A stretch of DNA of 41,781 nt from Thermoplasmata archaeon (GCA_025457815.1 JALOTQ010000003.1:1-41781); one strand, 5' to 3'. Shown: positions 8,610-18,516, counted from the stretch's first letter. Made by a program: numbers and translations. The notes: generated by a model from the letters alone, not told the origin.

Positions 8610-9586
8610 TTTTCCACCGGGACCTTCTTTCCGGACCTGATCGACTCCATCGCGGCCTCTGCGATCTTGAGCGTCTGGAGGGCGTTCTCGCCGGAGACGA
8701 GCGGTTCCTTCCCGGACTTGACGGAGGACATGAAGTCGTCCAGCTCGCGTCTGAGCGGCTCCTCCTTCTTCAGAGCTATCCGCCTCATGTCGAACTCGAT
8801 AGGCACGTTGTAGAGGTTCCCGCCCTCGACGGGCTTGAAGGATGACGAGCAGACCAGCGCCGCCTGGTCCATGTAGTCCATCTCCACGAAGTTCCTGCTG
8901 CATGTGAGCGCCAGCTTGCGGACCTTCATGGGGGTCAGCCAGTTGACTTCGACGAAGCCTGTCATGCCCCCTTCGAAATCGATGAGGATGTTCGCGTGGT
9001 CCTCGTGCTTCATGCCCTTGCCCTGGCCCCCGAGGGCGTACACAGAGATCGCACGCCGGCCCACGATATACTGGACCACGTCGATGTCGTGCACACCTAG
9101 GTCCATGACGACGCCGATGTCCCTTACCCTGGAAGGCATCGACGACACTCGCCTCGTCGCTGCAGTGATGATCTCGCCGAACTCCCCCGCCTGAAGGCTC
9201 TGCTTCGCGAACGCGACGACCGGGTTGTACCTCTCCGTGAAGCCGCCTGCAAGTACGACCTTGTTCTTCTTGGCCAGCTCGATCAGTCCCTTGAGGGTTC
9301 TCGAGCTGCCCGTCATAGGCTTCTCCAGCAGGACGTGCTTCCCGGCGGAGATGGCCTCGGAGGCGATGCGCTCGTGGGTGTTCGTGGGCGTGACCACGAC
9401 AACTGCGTCCACGCCGCTCCGAATCAGCTCGCCGTGGTCGAGGTAGTGCTTCACGCCGTACTTCTGCGCGACCTTCCCGGCGGCATCCGGCGACACGTCG
9501 GCCACGCACGCGAGGACTCCCTTCTCGGCCAGGATGCGCGCATGGTTCTGGCCCATGGAGCCGACGCCGATAACACCGACCCGCAT
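8606..9586 (-). CDS. Gfo/Idh/MocA oxidoreductase (UDP-GlcNAc/GlcNAcA 3-dehydrogenase-like)
   Basis: VGVIGVGSMGQNH, KHVLLEKP, ERYNP, DLGVHDID; sugar-gene context. Confidence 0.85.
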   Translation of the reverse strand: MRVGVIGVGSMGQNHARILAEKGVLACVADVSPDAAGKVAQKYGVKHYLDHGELIRSGVDAVVVVTPTNTHERIASEAISAGKHVLLEKPMTGSSRTLKGLIELAKKNKVVLAGGFTERYNPVVAFAKQSLQAGEFGEIITAATRRVSSMPSRVRDIGVVMDLGVHDIDVVQYIVGRRAISVYALGGQGKGMKHEDHANILIDFEGGMTGFVEVNWLTPMKVRKLALTCSRNFVEMDYMDQAALVCSSSFKPVEGGNLYNVPIEFDMRRIALKKEEPLRRELDDFMSSVKSGKEPLVSGENALQTLKIAEAAMESIRSGKKVPVEK

Positions 9587-9685
9587 GCGTGCGCAATGAA
9601 CGTTAGCGGTATTAATCCTTGGCTCCTCGTGCCCCGCATGAAAGGCTTATTATCGGCCTGGGCCATGCGCTCCGATGGTGGCGAC

Positions 9686-9865
9686 ATGAAGAGAAAGCTC
9701 ATGGACATCCTAGCATGCCCCGTGTGCAAGTTCCATCCCCTCGAGCTGAACGTGAAGAAGGAGGACGAGAAGGAGGTCCTTGAGGGGACCATCAGGTGTC
9801 CCAAGTGCAGCGTGGACTACCCCATCGAGGACGGCATACCGAACATGCTGCCGCCAGAGAAGTGA
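9686..9865 (+). CDS. trm112: Trm112-family methyltransferase activator
   Basis: MKRKLMDILACPVCK...CPKC..YPIEDGIPNMLP; RBS GGTGG. Confidence 0.85.
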   Translation: MKRKLMDILACPVCKFHPLELNVKKEDEKEVLEGTIRCPKCSVDYPIEDGIPNMLPPEK

Positions 9866-10012
9866 GCCTCCAGAGCCGGCCACTAGGACGAATTCTGTAC
9901 AGTGCACATAGCACAAAGAAGTACGTTGCCGACGGTCCCGTGCAACACATTGATATCTAGGATGCCCCGTTCAAGTTGAGCCGGCCATACGGTCCGGACC
10001 AGGGTGAGCCAG

Positions 10013-11581
10013 ATGAAGGTGCTCGTCGCGGACGACATATCGAAGAACGGCGTGGAGCTGCTCAAGGCCCAGGGGTACCAGGTGGATGTCAGGACGGGCC
10101 TCAGGGAGGACGAGCTAGCCAAGGCCATCAAGGACTACGACGTTCTGCTCGTCAGGAGCGCCACGAAGGCCACCCGGAAGGTCATCGAGGCCTCGAAGCT
10201 CAAGGTCATAGGAAGGGCCGGGATCGGCGTGGACAACATCGACGTCGAGGCCGCCACCGAGCGGGGCGTGCTCGTCATGAACGCGCCCTCGGGGAACGTC
10301 ATCTCGACAGCTGAGCTCACCATCGGCATGATATTCGCTCTTGCGCGGAGGATCCCGCAGGCGGACGCCTCCATGAAGAAGGGCGAGTGGAAGCGGAAGG
10401 AGATGAAGGGCGCGCAGGTCCAGGGCAAGACCCTGGGCATAATCGGCCTGGGCAGGGTGGGCGCCGAGGTCGCGAAGAGGGCGCAGGCGCTTGGCATGTT
10501 GGTGATCGCCTATGACCCGCTGGTCTCGCCCGAGGTGGGCGCGAGGCTGCACGTGAGACTGATGTCCCTGGACAAGCTCCTCGAAGTGTCGGACTTCATC
10601 ACGCTCCACACGCCCCTGAGCGCGCAGACGAAGGACCTGCTGGGCAAGAACCAGCTGGCGTCCATGAAGAAGTCCGCGATGCTGATCAACTGCGCCCGAG
10701 GAGGGGTCGTGAACGAGGACGCCCTCTACGAGGCGCTGTCCCAGAACAAGATCGCCGGGGCCGCGGTGGACGTGTTCGTGAACGAGCCACCGGCAGGTTC
10801 GAAGCTCCTCACGCTCCCGACCATCGTGCTCACGCCTCACCTGGGCGCGACCACGGCGGAGGCCCAGGAGGAGGTCGGCTCGGAGATAGCGGAGCAGGTC
10901 ATCGCCTACCTCAGGGACAACGTCATCAAGAACGCGGTCAACATGCCCGCGAAGCTCGACCCCGAGCTGGTGCCGTACATGCCCCTGGCAGAGAAGCTCG
11001 GCACGTTCACCTCCCAGCTGGGCAAGACCAGCGCGGGCAGGATAGAGATACAGTGCCTCGGGGAGCTCTCGAAGAAGGACACGAGCATCATCACCGCGAG
11101 CGTCATCACGGGCCTCCTGAAGCCGCTCTCGGAGGAGTTCAACGTCAACTACATCAACGCCTTCGCGATGGCCAAGGCCAGAGGCATCGAGATAGTCTCG
11201 TCCACGTCCGACGAGTCGGGCAGGTTCTCGAACCTCATACGGGTCTCCCTGCAGACGAACGGCGACAAGGTCTCGACCGCGGGCACGCTGATGCCCGACA
11301 GGGGCGCGAGGATCGTGGAAATAGACGGCAACCCCGTGGACATCGTCCCCGAGGGGCACTTCCTGCTCATCGCGCACATGGACAAGCCGGGCATGATCGG
11401 CAAGGTCGGGACGATCCTGGGGGACAGCGACATCAACGTCGCGAGCATGGAGGTCGCGAGGGCAAGGGCGAGAGGGCCCGCGATGATGATTCTCGAGATA
11501 GACGACGACCTGCCAATCGAGGTCCTCCGCAAGGTCCGGCAGATAAAGGACCTGACGTCCGCCATCGCGATAAAACTGTGA
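10013..11581 (+). CDS. serA: D-3-phosphoglycerate dehydrogenase (long form with C-terminal ACT)
   Basis: GRAGIGVDNID, GLGRVG, INCARGG, TPHLGATTAEAQ, HMDKPGMIGKVG; RBS GGTGA before ATG 10013. Confidence 0.92.
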   Translation: MKVLVADDISKNGVELLKAQGYQVDVRTGLREDELAKAIKDYDVLLVRSATKATRKVIEASKLKVIGRAGIGVDNIDVEAATERGVLVMNAPSGNVISTAELTIGMIFALARRIPQADASMKKGEWKRKEMKGAQVQGKTLGIIGLGRVGAEVAKRAQALGMLVIAYDPLVSPEVGARLHVRLMSLDKLLEVSDFITLHTPLSAQTKDLLGKNQLASMKKSAMLINCARGGVVNEDALYEALSQNKIAGAAVDVFVNEPPAGSKLLTLPTIVLTPHLGATTAEAQEEVGSEIAEQVIAYLRDNVIKNAVNMPAKLDPELVPYMPLAEKLGTFTSQLGKTSAGRIEIQCLGELSKKDTSIITASVITGLLKPLSEEFNVNYINAFAMAKARGIEIVSSTSDESGRFSNLIRVSLQTNGDKVSTAGTLMPDRGARIVEIDGNPVDIVPEGHFLLIAHMDKPGMIGKVGTILGDSDINVASMEVARARARGPAMMILEIDDDLPIEVLRKVRQIKDLTSAIAIKL

Positions 11582-11639
11582 GGAGCAAGATTAATCTCTT
11601 CCGAGTATATCGCACAGGACGAAGGGGCTTGACTCGACA

Positions 11640-12188
11640 GTGGCCATCAGGATAGAGATCAGGGATGCAACCGCGAAGGACCTCCCGGCGGTCGCGGACC
11701 TCTGGGAGATGCTCGCGAAGCATCACGAGAAGCTCTCCCCGCACTTCTCGCTCGCGTGGGACGGCAAGCGCAAGTGGGCCAAATACCTCAAGAAGAAGTT
11801 CTCCGAGATCAGCACGAAGCTGATCGTCGCCGAGGAGGACGGCAGGCTCGTCGGGTTCATGCTCTGCATGCTCTCGCCGAACGCCCCCGTGTACAAGGAG
11901 CGGAAGATCGGCGTGGTCTCGGACGTCTACGTGCTCGAGGAGCGGCGCATGAAGGGCGTGGGCAGGGAGATGCTCAACTTCGCCGTCAAGTGGTTCAAGA
12001 AGAACAGGGTGAAGACCGTCCAGCTGTTCGTGGCCCACGACAACATGGCCGCCAGGGCCGTCTGGCGCCAGCTGGGGTTCGAGCCGTTCATGATCTACAA
12101 GAGGCTGGACCTCGACAGGCTCGAGGAGAAGGCGTCTCCGCTGAGGAAGAGGACCATAATCAGGAGAAAGAAGAAGGTCCGGAACTGA
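11640..12188 (+). CDS. GNAT-family N-acetyltransferase
   Basis: IRDAT..DL, VYVLEERRMKGVG (motif A), NMAARAVWRQLGF. Confidence 0.8.
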   Translation: MAIRIEIRDATAKDLPAVADLWEMLAKHHEKLSPHFSLAWDGKRKWAKYLKKKFSEISTKLIVAEEDGRLVGFMLCMLSPNAPVYKERKIGVVSDVYVLEERRMKGVGREMLNFAVKWFKKNRVKTVQLFVAHDNMAARAVWRQLGFEPFMIYKRLDLDRLEEKASPLRKRTIIRRKKKVRN

Positions 12189-12215
12189 AGGCGGTCCGAA
12201 CGCCCCTGATCACGC

Positions 12216-13367
12216 CTATTCGAGGACCTTCCTGATCCGCTCCAGACCATCCTCGATGTTCTTCTTGCCCGTGGCGTATGAGATCCTCAGGTGCTTCTCG
12301 CCCGCCTTTCCGAACGAGGCGCCTCCGGTCAGCGCGACCTCGGCCTTGTCCATGAGGTACAGGGCCATCTCCTCGGAGTTCATCTTGCCCTCGTACTTCG
12401 GGAAAACGTAGAACGCGCCCTTCGGGGTGTCGCAGCTGAACGACGGAATGTCCTTCATGAGCTTCATGACGAGGTTCCTGCGCTCCTCGAACTCCTTGAC
12501 CATCATCTGCACGGGCTCCTGTGGCCCCGTGAGGGCTGCGAGCGCTCCGTACTGCGCGAACGAGACAGCGTGCGTGATCGAGTGCTGCTGTATCTTGTTG
12601 ATGCCCTTGAATATCGGCTTCGGGGCGATCAGCCAGCCCATCCTCCAACCCGTCATGGCGTAGGTCTTCGAGAAGCCGCTTATGGTGATCGTCCGGTCCA
12701 TCATCCCGGGCTCGGCCGCGATCGAGTAGTGCTTCAGGCCGTCGAATATGATCTTCTCGTAGACCTCGTCCGAGAGCACGAGCAGGTTGTGGTCCTTGGC
12801 GAGGTCCGCCAGCCCCTTGATGTCCTCCTTCGTCTCGACCGCGCCGCACGGGTTGGACGGCGAGTTGAACAGGATCATCCTCGTCTTGGGAGTTATCTTC
12901 TCGGCCACCTTCTCCGGGAGGAATCTGAACTGGTCCTCGTCAGAGGCGGTGACGGGCACGGCCTTCCCTCCGGCCAGCTGCACGCACGGCTCGTATGTGA
13001 CCCACGCGGGGTCGGGCATGATCACCTCGTCGCCCTCGTTGACCGTGGCCATGATCGTCTCGAATATGGCCTGCTTTGTGGGCGTGATGAGCACGTTCGA
13101 CGGCTCGCACGGTATGCCATTGTCATCCTTCGCCCTCTTCGCGATGGCCTCCCTGAGCGGCATCAGCCCGGGAGCGTCGAGATACCTCGTCTTGCCCTCG
13201 TCGAGCGCCTTCTTGGCGGCCTCTACGATGTGCTTCGGGGTGTCGAAGTCGGGCTCACCGACCGTGAAGGAGATGATCTTCTTCCCCTCGGCCTTCTTCT
13301 GCCCGGCCAGTTCTTTCATCTTCATCGTGCCAGATTCCTGGACCCTCTTGACTCTCTCCGCTATCAT
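12216..13367 (-). CDS. Class I/II PLP-dependent (aspartate-type) aminotransferase
   Basis: GEPDFDTP, NSPSNPCG, SDEVYE, SGFSKTYAMTGWRMG, HLRISYA; ATG at 13367. Confidence 0.9.
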   Translation of the reverse strand: MIAERVKRVQESGTMKMKELAGQKKAEGKKIISFTVGEPDFDTPKHIVEAAKKALDEGKTRYLDAPGLMPLREAIAKRAKDDNGIPCEPSNVLITPTKQAIFETIMATVNEGDEVIMPDPAWVTYEPCVQLAGGKAVPVTASDEDQFRFLPEKVAEKITPKTRMILFNSPSNPCGAVETKEDIKGLADLAKDHNLLVLSDEVYEKIIFDGLKHYSIAAEPGMMDRTITISGFSKTYAMTGWRMGWLIAPKPIFKGINKIQQHSITHAVSFAQYGALAALTGPQEPVQMMVKEFEERRNLVMKLMKDIPSFSCDTPKGAFYVFPKYEGKMNSEEMALYLMDKAEVALTGGASFGKAGEKHLRISYATGKKNIEDGLERIRKVLE

Positions 13368-13481
13368 CTGAACCGCCAGGCCGGTGAAGCGCATGACCAA
13401 TATAAAGCATTGGTGTCCAACTTTTGTCATAGTGTCGGGCTTGAACAAACACTATTAGGGTCGGAATCAGTTCGACGCAGC

Positions 13482-14483
13482 ATGGCCCTGAAGAGCGGCA
13501 AACTGCCCCCTGAGCTTCTCAAGAAGCTCATCAAGAAGTATCCGGGAGGCCGGGACCGCCGCGTCCTGCTCGGCCCGTCGCTTGGGGAGGACGCCGCCGT
13601 CGTCAAGCTGGGGCGGCACCTCCTGGTCCTCAAGACGGACCCCGTCACCTACGCGTCCGACCTGATAGGCTGGTACGCCGTCAATGTCAACGCGAACGAC
13701 GTCGTCACCAGGGGAGCGACTCCGGCCTGGTTCCAGGCCGCGGTGCTTCTGCCCGTTGGCTCGGACGAGAGCCTTGCGGAGGACATCTTCAAGCAGATCT
13801 CCAAGGCCGCGCAGGAGCTTGACGTGGCGGTAACGGGCGGACACACTGAGGTCACGCCTGGCATCGACCGGCCCATCGTGGTCGGCGACATGCACGGAGT
13901 CGTTGAGGAGGACCTTGTGCGCACATCCGGCGCGAAGCCGGGGAACGCGCTCGTCATGACCAAGTGCGCCGGCATCGAGGGCACCGCTGCGATCGCACGC
14001 GAGAGGCGGAAGGAGCTCCTCGAGGTCTACGACGAGGCCTTCGTCAACCGCGCGGCGAGATACCTGTTCAAGCCCGGCCTGTCCGTCGTGCGCGAGGCGA
14101 GGATCGCGCTGAGCTTCTGCGTCACGAGCATGCACGACCCGACCGAGGGAGGCGTCGCCATGGGCGTCCAGGAGATGGCAGAGGCCTCGGGCAGCTCGGT
14201 CGAGCTTCTAACCGACGAGGTGATCGTGCGGAAGGAGACAAGGGCGATATGCGCGAAGTACGGTCTGAACCCGCTCGGCCTCCTGGGCTCCGGGGCCTTG
14301 CTGGCGGCCTTCAAGCCTGAAGACGCGGAGAGATACGTGTCCGTCGTGCACAGGGTCGGGATAGACGCCGCGATCGTGGGCAGGATCGTCGCGGGAAAGA
14401 ACAGGTCGAAGGCGGTGTCCCGCGGAGGGACTACTCCGCTTTCTTTTTCGGAGCGCGACGAGGTTTTGAAGGTTTTGCAGTAG
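13482..14483 (+). CDS. AIR-synthase-related (PurM/HypE-like) protein
   Basis: GEDAAV, KTDP, AVNVNAND, GGHTEVT, SMHDPTEGG, PLGLLGSG. Confidence 0.8.
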   Translation: MALKSGKLPPELLKKLIKKYPGGRDRRVLLGPSLGEDAAVVKLGRHLLVLKTDPVTYASDLIGWYAVNVNANDVVTRGATPAWFQAAVLLPVGSDESLAEDIFKQISKAAQELDVAVTGGHTEVTPGIDRPIVVGDMHGVVEEDLVRTSGAKPGNALVMTKCAGIEGTAAIARERRKELLEVYDEAFVNRAARYLFKPGLSVVREARIALSFCVTSMHDPTEGGVAMGVQEMAEASGSSVELLTDEVIVRKETRAICAKYGLNPLGLLGSGALLAAFKPEDAERYVSVVHRVGIDAAIVGRIVAGKNRSKAVSRGGTTPLSFSERDEVLKVLQ

Positions 14484-15174
14484 CCTTGGGCGCAGGCTGC
14501 TTCGCGGCGTACTCGATGGCGGACAGCACCTTCGAGGTCACCGTCCACACCTTCATCTGCCTCGGCCCGAGCGACAGCTTGTCGTGCTTGAACTTGCTCA
14601 TGTCGGACTTGAAATCCCCTTTGGGGAACCCGCCGATGATGACGACCACCCGCTCCGCCTTGCTGGGGGCGAACTTCTCGACGATGTCCGCCTGCTCCCC
14701 GCCCGGGGTCAGGACGACGACCTCGTCCGGCTTGAGGGCGTTCACGAGCACGTCAAGCGGCACTCCCTGCCTGAGCTCCAGCAGGGCGTTCTCCCGGCTG
14801 GGCACGACATGCTGCTCGTACAGGGACTCTATGAGGCCAACGAATCTCAGGTAGTGCGGCGGGAGCCTCGTCTCGGGCTTGACCGCGATGACATCGTTGT
14901 TCCTGGTGTGGACGAACACCCTGAGCTTGCCCTCGGCCGAGAGGTCCGAGTCCATGCACAGCATCAGGAAGTAATGCGTCAGGTCCGGGCGTCCCCTGCG
15001 CTCCGACTCCGGCAGCTTGTTGAACGCCGGGTGGTGGTGGGAGGCGTCCAGGAGTATCTTCTCCGGGGCCTTGCCTCTCGCGCGCGCGTTGTTGGTCACA
15101 CATCTCTCCTTGACGATCTCCGGGGGCACGAGCTCCAGCTCTGAATCGCCTAGTATGAAGAAATACTGCGTCAC
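14431..15174 (-). CDS. nep1: 16S rRNA pseudouridine N1-methyltransferase (Nep1/Emg1, SPOUT)
   Basis: DSELELVP, LLDASHH, RRGRPDLTH, VFVHTRN, PETRLP..YLRFVGL, IGGFPKGDF. GTG start overlaps the purP stop. Confidence 0.87.
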   Translation of the reverse strand: MTQYFFILGDSELELVPPEIVKERCVTNNARARGKAPEKILLDASHHHPAFNKLPESERRGRPDLTHYFLMLCMDSDLSAEGKLRVFVHTRNNDVIAVKPETRLPPHYLRFVGLIESLYEQHVVPSRENALLELRQGVPLDVLVNALKPDEVVVLTPGGEQADIVEKFAPSKAERVVVIIGGFPKGDFKSDMSKFKHDKLSLGPRQMKVWTVTSKVLSAIEYAAKQPAPKATAKPSKPRRAPKKKAE

Positions 15175-16241
15175 GTGAGTACCTCTGTGAGCTTGTTGTT
15201 GTCCTTCGCGTACTTGATCTCCTGTGCGATGCGCCTGCCCGTGGACACGCCGGGCTCTATCAGGTCCGAGTACGGGGAGCCCGATATGAACGGGTTCGTG
15301 CCTGCGACGATCCTCGATGATATCTCGAACACCTTCACGTTCAGGTTGTCGGTGACGATGCACTCCAGGCAGAACGGGCCTATCATGCCTCCGAACAATT
15401 CGAGGGATTTCTCGACGGCCCTCTCGCCCATCTCCAGGAACTTCGGCAGGAGGGATTCCCTCACGACCACGGGCACATTGCCCGTGACCACGAACGTCGG
15501 GTAGTGGCCGAGCTTCTTCAGCTCCTCGAGCGCCCCCAGCTTGTATATCTCGTCGATGTTGGACTCGTCTCTCCTGTCCACGCTGAGCATCTCGAGCACG
15601 CCCTTGCTGAGCCTGTACCCTTCGGTCCTGATCGGCGAGTAGAAGTAGTGAATGTAGTACCTGGTGCCCAGGATGTACTCCTGGATGGAGAACTTCTGCG
15701 AATGGTCTATCCCGAGCTTGAAGTCCGGGTAGTCCTTCGCGATGAAGAACCCGCGGCCGCCCTTTGCGCCGTCGTACTTGACGAGCACGGGCCTGTCTAT
15801 CAGTTTCGGGTCGTCTATCTTGTGCGGCATCTCGAGCCCGGCGCCGCTGAGCCAGACCCGCTCCTTCTCCCTGTCGCTCTCCCAGTCGAGGACATGCCTG
15901 TTGCCGAAGGTAGGCACCGCGATCTCCACGAAGTTCTTCGGGGTCATGTACTCGACGAACGATCCGTGCGGTATCAGGATGACATTCTTCTCGATGAGCT
16001 CGTCGGCCCTGTCGAGCAGATGCGAGTACGAGTCCACATAGAAGAACTCGTCCGGCTTCCCCCTCGGGAAGGCGTCGTAGAACTTGGTCTTCTGTCCGAT
16101 GGCGATGCCGAGTGTCTTGAACCCCTCCTTGCGGGCACCGTCGAAGATCTGGAGCGAGGTGTGGGAACACGCGGTCGCTATGACGAGGTTCTTCTTGTCA
16201 TAGCCCTGGATGATCTTGTTGATAGATTCCTGGGAGACCAT
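15171..16241 (-). CDS. purP: FAICAR synthetase (formate-dependent ATP-grasp)
   Basis: ATACSHTSLQI, IPHGSFVEY, WESDR, GAKGGRG, RESLLP, FEISSRIVAGTN. Confidence 0.9.
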   Translation of the reverse strand: MVSQESINKIIQGYDKKNLVIATACSHTSLQIFDGARKEGFKTLGIAIGQKTKFYDAFPRGKPDEFFYVDSYSHLLDRADELIEKNVILIPHGSFVEYMTPKNFVEIAVPTFGNRHVLDWESDREKERVWLSGAGLEMPHKIDDPKLIDRPVLVKYDGAKGGRGFFIAKDYPDFKLGIDHSQKFSIQEYILGTRYYIHYFYSPIRTEGYRLSKGVLEMLSVDRRDESNIDEIYKLGALEELKKLGHYPTFVVTGNVPVVVRESLLPKFLEMGERAVEKSLELFGGMIGPFCLECIVTDNLNVKVFEISSRIVAGTNPFISGSPYSDLIEPGVSTGRRIAQEIKYAKDNNKLTEVLT

Positions 16242-16332
16242 TGCTGGCAATATTCGATTGTCTGATTTAAACATTCCCCCCAGAGTTGCCGGAGGTGTAA
16301 GCGGCCCGCCGGCCTCAGCTGGCACCCCTGGA

Positions 16333-17091
16333 CTACCGCTTCGCGGGCCTGACAAGCAGCTGGTTCCGACGCCGCTCAGGGCTGGTGTACGGGCACACCT
16401 TCTGGCAGACCGTGCACATGACGTGGGCGTTCGGGGTGAGCTGAACCTCGACCTTGCGCCTGATCCTCTCGAGCTCCCTCGGGGGGTTGTCCCGCTCGCT
16501 CACATCGATCAGGCACCTCTCGGGCGTCAGCACGTGGGGCTTGATGGCCTTCGTCGGGCACGCCCGGACGCATCTCGTGCACCTTCCACAGAGATCCTTG
16601 GAGAACGGCTTGTCTATAGGCATCTCAGCGTCCGTGACGACCGCTTCGAGCCTAAGCCATAGCCCGTGCTTCGGGGACAGCACCATGGAGTTCTTCGCGT
16701 AGGCGCCGATCCCCGCGAGTATCGCGAGGCGTTTCAGCGGGACGAGCCAGTGAGCCGGGGCGGCCCTGTAGCCGCTCTCCCGGAGTATCTTGATGACCTC
16801 TCTCCGCATCCCCAGGAGCGGGTTGTACCCCGGATAGTCCCAGGACTTCTCCCCGCGCCGGATGGCGATCTCGTCCGCATCGTCGACGGACTTGATCGCG
16901 AATACCACGACGGTCTTCGCCTCCGGCATCGACTCGCGTATCTTCACGGACCACCTGTTCACTATCGAGCCGACCTTGATCGTCTCGAGCGCGTCGGCCT
17001 CGTCCACGGACGCTATCCCGAAGGCGGCCGCACCGCGCCTGGTACAGGCATCATTCAAGAGAGCTCTGAGATCCGGTTTCCGCCTGGCCAT
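16333..17091 (-). CDS. QueG/reductive-dehalogenase-like 2x[4Fe-4S] protein
   Basis: PEAKTVVV, LKRLAILAGIGAYAKNSMVLSPKHGLWLRL, CGRCTRCVRACP, C...CTVCQKVCP. Confidence 0.75.
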   Translation of the reverse strand: MARRKPDLRALLNDACTRRGAAAFGIASVDEADALETIKVGSIVNRWSVKIRESMPEAKTVVVFAIKSVDDADEIAIRRGEKSWDYPGYNPLLGMRREVIKILRESGYRAAPAHWLVPLKRLAILAGIGAYAKNSMVLSPKHGLWLRLEAVVTDAEMPIDKPFSKDLCGRCTRCVRACPTKAIKPHVLTPERCLIDVSERDNPPRELERIRRKVEVQLTPNAHVMCTVCQKVCPYTSPERRRNQLLVRPAKR

Positions 17092-17234
17092 CCTTTCCTC
17101 TCCTGTCCGAGGATAGTGAATCCATGATATTGAATGCTACCATCGCCCGAACGAACGTCTTCGCGCAAGGGCCCCCTGCAACCATTAAATCAATGCAGTC
17201 CCTCCCCGGTCCCAAGAAAGGGACCGGACGAGCC

Positions 17235-18497
17235 ATGGCATCTGCTGACCAGGGGTCGGGGAAGAAGAAGGCGATTCTGACCGGCATCACGACCAACGTG
17301 CTGGTGCTCGGGATCGTGAGCCTTCTCACGGATGTGAGCAGCGAGATGATCTACCCGATCCTGCCGATGTTCCTGGGCGCGATCGGCGCGTCAGCGCTGG
17401 TGATTGGGTTCATAGAAGGCGCCGCCGAGACGACCGCATCGCTGCTCAAGGTTGTCTCTGGCTGGTACTCTGACAGGTTCAAGAAGAGGAAGCCGTTCAT
17501 CACCGCGGGGTACGGTACGAGCACGCTGGTCAAACCCCTGCTCGCGCTCGCGGCCTCCCCATGGCAAGTGCTCGGGCTGAGGATAGTCGAGCGCGTCGGG
17601 AAGGGCGTCAGGAGCGCCCCCAGGGACGCGCTCATAGCCGATTCCGTGGACAAGGAGCACAGGGGGATCGCCTTCGGGTTCCACAAGTCGATGGATTCCA
17701 CGGGCGCCGTGATAGGGCCCATCCTGGTTCTGCCAATCCTGCTGTCTGCTGCGGCCGTGACGGAGGACACCTACAGGACCGTCTTCCTGCTGTCGACCAT
17801 ACCCGCGCTCCTCGCGGTCCTGGTCATCATCTTCTTCGTGAGGGACAAGGAGGCGAGCGGCGAGGGACAGATCGGCAAGTTCTCGAGGGAGCTCAGGCAG
17901 CTGGGGAGACCGTTCTACCTGCTGCTTGTCATCGTCATCGTGTTCTACCTCGGAGAAGTAAGCTACGTGTTCTTCATACTGAGAGCGTACGACGCCGGGC
18001 TGACCCTCGGCAGCCTGGACAAGGAGGTCTCCGCGGTGGTGCTGTACATCCTGTACAACGTCATCTTCGTCATCGTCGCCATGCCCGCCGGGAAGCTCTC
18101 CGACATGCTGGGCAGGAAGCCGGTCATCGCGCTGTCGTTCTCGATATTCGCGATCACGTGCCTCACGATGGCCTTCGCTGAAACGCTCATGCTCGCAGCG
18201 CTGGGCTTCGCCCTGTTCGGAGTGTACAAGGGATCCTCTGAGGGCGTGCTCAAAGCATACGTGGTCGACGTGGCGCCGGGCAACCTCAGGGGCACGGCCC
18301 TCGGAGGGTTCCACACGGCCATGGGCCTGGTGATGCTTCCCGGAGGGATCATCGCCGGCCTTCTGTACGACACATACGGGCCGCCGACGGCCTTCGCGTT
18401 CGGCGCTGTCATGGCCGGACTGGCGTTGTTCCTGCTCCTCGTGATCGGTCCTGGGAGGAAGCCCAAGGTTCTTGACAGGGTCGCCGATATCCCCTAG
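17235..18497 (+). CDS. MFS transporter
   Basis: SLLTDVSSEMIYP, GWYSDRFKKRK, RVGKGVRSAPRDALIA, GKLSDMLGRK; about 12 hydrophobic segments. Confidence 0.88.
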   Translation: MASADQGSGKKKAILTGITTNVLVLGIVSLLTDVSSEMIYPILPMFLGAIGASALVIGFIEGAAETTASLLKVVSGWYSDRFKKRKPFITAGYGTSTLVKPLLALAASPWQVLGLRIVERVGKGVRSAPRDALIADSVDKEHRGIAFGFHKSMDSTGAVIGPILVLPILLSAAAVTEDTYRTVFLLSTIPALLAVLVIIFFVRDKEASGEGQIGKFSRELRQLGRPFYLLLVIVIVFYLGEVSYVFFILRAYDAGLTLGSLDKEVSAVVLYILYNVIFVIVAMPAGKLSDMLGRKPVIALSFSIFAITCLTMAFAETLMLAALGFALFGVYKGSSEGVLKAYVVDVAPGNLRGTALGGFHTAMGLVMLPGGIIAGLLYDTYGPPTAFAFGAVMAGLALFLLLVIGPGRKPKVLDRVADIP

Positions 18498-18516
18498 AGC
18501 TCAAGAGGGTTGGACT

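Noticed and set aside
7710-9596. 628-aa ORF suggesting a long epimerase fusion
   Set aside because: The N-terminal half is an off-frame shadow of the Gfo/Idh/MocA gene; the real gene starts at GTG 8609 with a GTGA overlap.
12291-14483. 730-aa ORF
   Set aside because: The first ~400 codons are antisense to the aminotransferase; family motifs begin only at ATG 13482.
13482-14483. Selenophosphate synthetase (SelD) implying a selenium system with the SelB-like gene
   Set aside because: It lacks the N-terminal Cys/Sec-x-x-Lys motif of SelD and fits the PurM/HypE-like group; no in-frame TGA gene was noticed.
14431-16170. 579-aa ORF suggesting a purP-nep1 frameshift fusion
   Set aside because: The upstream part is a low-complexity alternative frame of purP, and nep1 has its own coupled GTG at 15174.
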